From the NCBI GenBank assembly GCA_043812655.1, contig JBDRLW010000029.1, positions 1-60,222 of the forward strand: DNA of 60,222 bases. Reading direction: 5' to 3'. The DNA comes from a bacterium (GTDB lineage Bacteria; Margulisbacteria; WOR-1; O2-12-FULL-45-9; XYB2-FULL-48-7). How positions within the stretch are numbered: the stretch's first letter is position 1; every line of letters starts with the position of its first letter. Both the position numbers and the translations under genes were made by a program. The notes beneath the pieces are model-generated. The model ran no database searches and was not told the origin of the DNA. It was given only the letters and a program-made list of their open reading frames with translations. Shown in pieces: positions 58,033-60,222 of the stretch.

Positions 58033-59046
58033 TTATTTCACCACTGTGCTAAAAAAGAAGAACAAGATCGCCGTATCACGCGCTATCCCAAGAAGAGTAA
58101 GCGCGTTGCCCCAAGCCATGGTCCAATCCCCATCAACATAAATAATATCGCCAGGTAAAACCTGGGTTTGGTCTTTTTTCCCTTCACTAAAATATTTGCT
58201 CAATTTAATGTTTTTGATGATCGGATCGTTTACGTTATTTCTGATAATTCTGATGCTATCGGCCGCGCTGTTCTTCTTCAACCCTCCGGCGGCAACGATA
58301 TAATCCGCGACTGTATCCCCTTGAGTATAAGGGAATAATCCTCCTCCATTAGCTTCTCCCATGACGCGAACATTGTTTTTTGTTGTCCTCCCGACAATGA
58401 CAGTGTCGCCAGTTTGCAAAATAATATTCTGCCCGAGCTCCCGGTCGGTTGAGATCTTCCTAAGATCAACGGTCAAGGTCTCGGTCTCGCCATTTTCCAT
58501 TTTTCTTATGACCTTAATGTTGGAACTATCCGCGAAGGACGACAATCCGCCAGCCGCCTGGAGATAATTAATTATTGACCTGAACTGTGGATCACCGTCA
58601 GGGATGGACTTAGTCCCCGGACTCCCCACTTCACCAAGAACATCCACATTAACCCCCTTTGGTATTTTAAGAAAAACCGAGACCTGCGGCGGGCCAGTAA
58701 CTTCCATTTTTCTTATGCTTCTTATCAGGGCTTTTTCTATGTCCCTAATGGTCAAGCCTTTAACGTAAATTGTCCCGAGCACCGGTATATAAAGCCTCCC
58801 ATCGACCGAAACTGTCATTGTGTGCGGATCACCCAAGGCTGTAGTCACTCCTGCTGGGATTGGGTTAACATAAAGTAAATCGGGTTGTTTGTCATCCCAA
58901 GCATGGACCTCAAGCACATCGCCCGGGCCCAACAAATATTCCGTCGACATATCATATTTTTCAGAGACAACAACCGCGCCGCTGGGCAGAGAGGAGAAAC
59001 AAAGAGCCAACAATAATACCGTGGCTATTGATCTTTTTTTATTCAT
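58033..59046 (-). CDS. wza: Polysaccharide export protein (Wza-like, Poly_export + SLBB)
   Basis: EYLLGPGDVLEV, VSVDGRLYIPVLG, GEVGSPG, AAGGL repeats, GD.I.V. Confidence 0.9.
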   Translation of the reverse strand: MNKKRSIATVLLLALCFSSLPSGAVVVSEKYDMSTEYLLGPGDVLEVHAWDDKQPDLLYVNPIPAGVTTALGDPHTMTVSVDGRLYIPVLGTIYVKGLTIRDIEKALIRSIRKMEVTGPPQVSVFLKIPKGVNVDVLGEVGSPGTKSIPDGDPQFRSIINYLQAAGGLSSFADSSNIKVIRKMENGETETLTVDLRKISTDRELGQNIILQTGDTVIVGRTTKNNVRVMGEANGGGLFPYTQGDTVADYIVAAGGLKKNSAADSIRIIRNNVNDPIIKNIKLSKYFSEGKKDQTQVLPGDIIYVDGDWTMAWGNALTLLGIARDTAILFFFFSTVVK

Positions 59047-59077
59047 GGATAATACTCCTTAAAATCAAATATGGTAA

Positions 59078-59106
59078 ATCGTACCATAATGATTTAGGCT
59101 TTTCAA
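59078..59106 (-). promoter_or_regulatory. Putative sigma70 promoter of the wza-led operon
   Basis: TTGAAA-17 nt-TACGAT with TGn extension; SD AAGGAG at 59055-59060. Confidence 0.55.
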
Positions 59107-59107
59107 T

Positions 59108-60222
59108 TCACCAATATTTTTTTGTCTCCCACTCCCTTAAACGCTTTTTTAGCTGGCTAGATTGCTTCTTATCTCTAGCATAAAAAGAGACGGTTTCGCC
59201 GCCTAAAACCCGGCTCTTATTTAGAGCCTTCCATTCTCCAGCTTTTATCCAGCTGGCTGGGATTTGGCGGTAAAACCAGCCGGGGTAGATCATGATCACG
59301 CTTACTTTCTTTTTTTTAGCTATATCAGCTAAATATCTCGCGCTTAAAACGCCGTTCTGCTTAATCTTTTCCCTTAAAACATCGATCGAGCCAAGTCCGG
59401 CCAAATCTAACAATTTTATCCGGGTAAAATATGAGATCGCTCCAATATCATTTACTGCCACGGTCGCGGTATTATAGTTTTCCCGCAAGAACATCGCCAT
59501 TTGATATTGCTGTTCGTAGATACTCGTCGTCGCTTGGACCGTTCTATTTATCGACCCAACGCCCCTCTCTAGCAAAAAAGAAAAAGAGAAACCGATCAAT
59601 ATTAGAAAGAGGCCAAATTTTTGGCGATCAAAATTATTGGCAAACCAAGTTCCCAATAAAAGGAGCCCTAAAACCACCAGATAGGCCTCATGCCGATAAA
59701 ACCAACCGACCCAAGCAAAGGCAATATGCGTCAGCAAAAGGCAGGAAAAAATAAAAACCAGCAAACGATCTTTCTGCCAAAACCTTTTTTGCTGGCTAGC
59801 CAAAAATATTATGATCAGGACCAAGCCAGAAATGACGATCAATCTTGGAGGATGGCCAAGCAAGCCAAGAGGCCAAGTCCCTTTTATGATCAAGGAGTTG
59901 GGGAAAAACCAGCCGCCATGAGCGATCGAGATCAGCCCTAAGCTTACAACTGGGATAATGGAAGCAACTCCCACCCCCAAAGCTAGCCGCCACTTTTTTC
60001 TTATCGCCAATAACGCGGCAACAATAAAAACAGCGAAGAGCCCCTCATACCTGGCCGCCGTCATGAGCGGCCCAACCACTAAAAGCAGTATATTCCTCGC
60101 TCGATCGGGAGTTTCCGCCGATATTACTTCACTGGCTAGCATAACAAAGATCAGGGTCAATAAAATATGGAGCGGATGTTCCAGCCCGAATAAAACTAGC
60201 GCGGGAAAAGGCGCCAATAAAA
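59108..60222 (-). CDS. Polytopic membrane protein, GT-C (arabinofuranosyltransferase-like) family; 5' end outside window
   Basis: GLE, ARYEG, FPNS..K, DIGAISYF, LDLAGL motifs with multiple TMs. Confidence 0.7.
   Translation of the reverse strand, partial: LLAPFPALVLFGLEHPLHILLTLIFVMLASEVISAETPDRARNILLLVVGPLMTAARYEGLFAVFIVAALLAIRKKWRLALGVGVASIIPVVSLGLISIAHGGWFFPNSLIIKGTWPLGLLGHPPRLIVISGLVLIIIFLASQQKRFWQKDRLLVFIFSCLLLTHIAFAWVGWFYRHEAYLVVLGLLLLGTWFANNFDRQKFGLFLILIGFSFSFLLERGVGSINRTVQATTSIYEQQYQMAMFLRENYNTATVAVNDIGAISYFTRIKLLDLAGLGSIDVLREKIKQNGVLSARYLADIAKKKKVSVIMIYPGWFYRQIPASWIKAGEWKALNKSRVLGGETVSFYARDKKQSSQLKKRLREWETKKYW

Noticed and set aside
271..59993. Short plus-strand and nested ORFs in the six-frame track (e.g. 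271-480, 13156-13752, 44825-45370)
   Set aside because: They lie antisense to, or within, well-supported minus-strand genes and show no recognisable motifs

Overview
Almost the whole window (about 1.35-60.2 kb) is one minus-strand bacterial surface-glycan biosynthesis locus of about 55 genes. It contains Wza/Wzc-type export, an SLH-domain protein with a beta-rich N-terminus, a WecA-DegT-PglF triple fusion, a Wzm/Wzt ABC transporter and a Wzy/WaaL-family protein. It also carries many GT2/GT4 glycosyltransferases, about 7 SAM methyltransferase domains, a partial WbpA/B/D set, and a block for an unusual nucleotide sugar (two split transketolase pairs, an ALS-like ThDP enzyme, a GHMP kinase, epimerases/reductases). 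The left end holds tRNA-Pro(GGG), a small GIY-YIG nuclease bracketed by inverted palindromic repeats, and the 5' part of queA. The most unusual signals are: (1) several short palindromic elements that appear inserted in-frame into genes (queA, the SLH-protein signal peptide) and into a duplicated tRNA-Pro 5' fragment, next to the repeat-flanked GIY-YIG nuclease; (2) two genes that appear to start at AUU in an identical 12-nt context; (3) the three-enzyme initiation fusion; (4) poly-G tracts in a methyltransferase. No CRISPR array, rRNA or transposase was seen. Product calls come from motif recognition by eye, not database searches.
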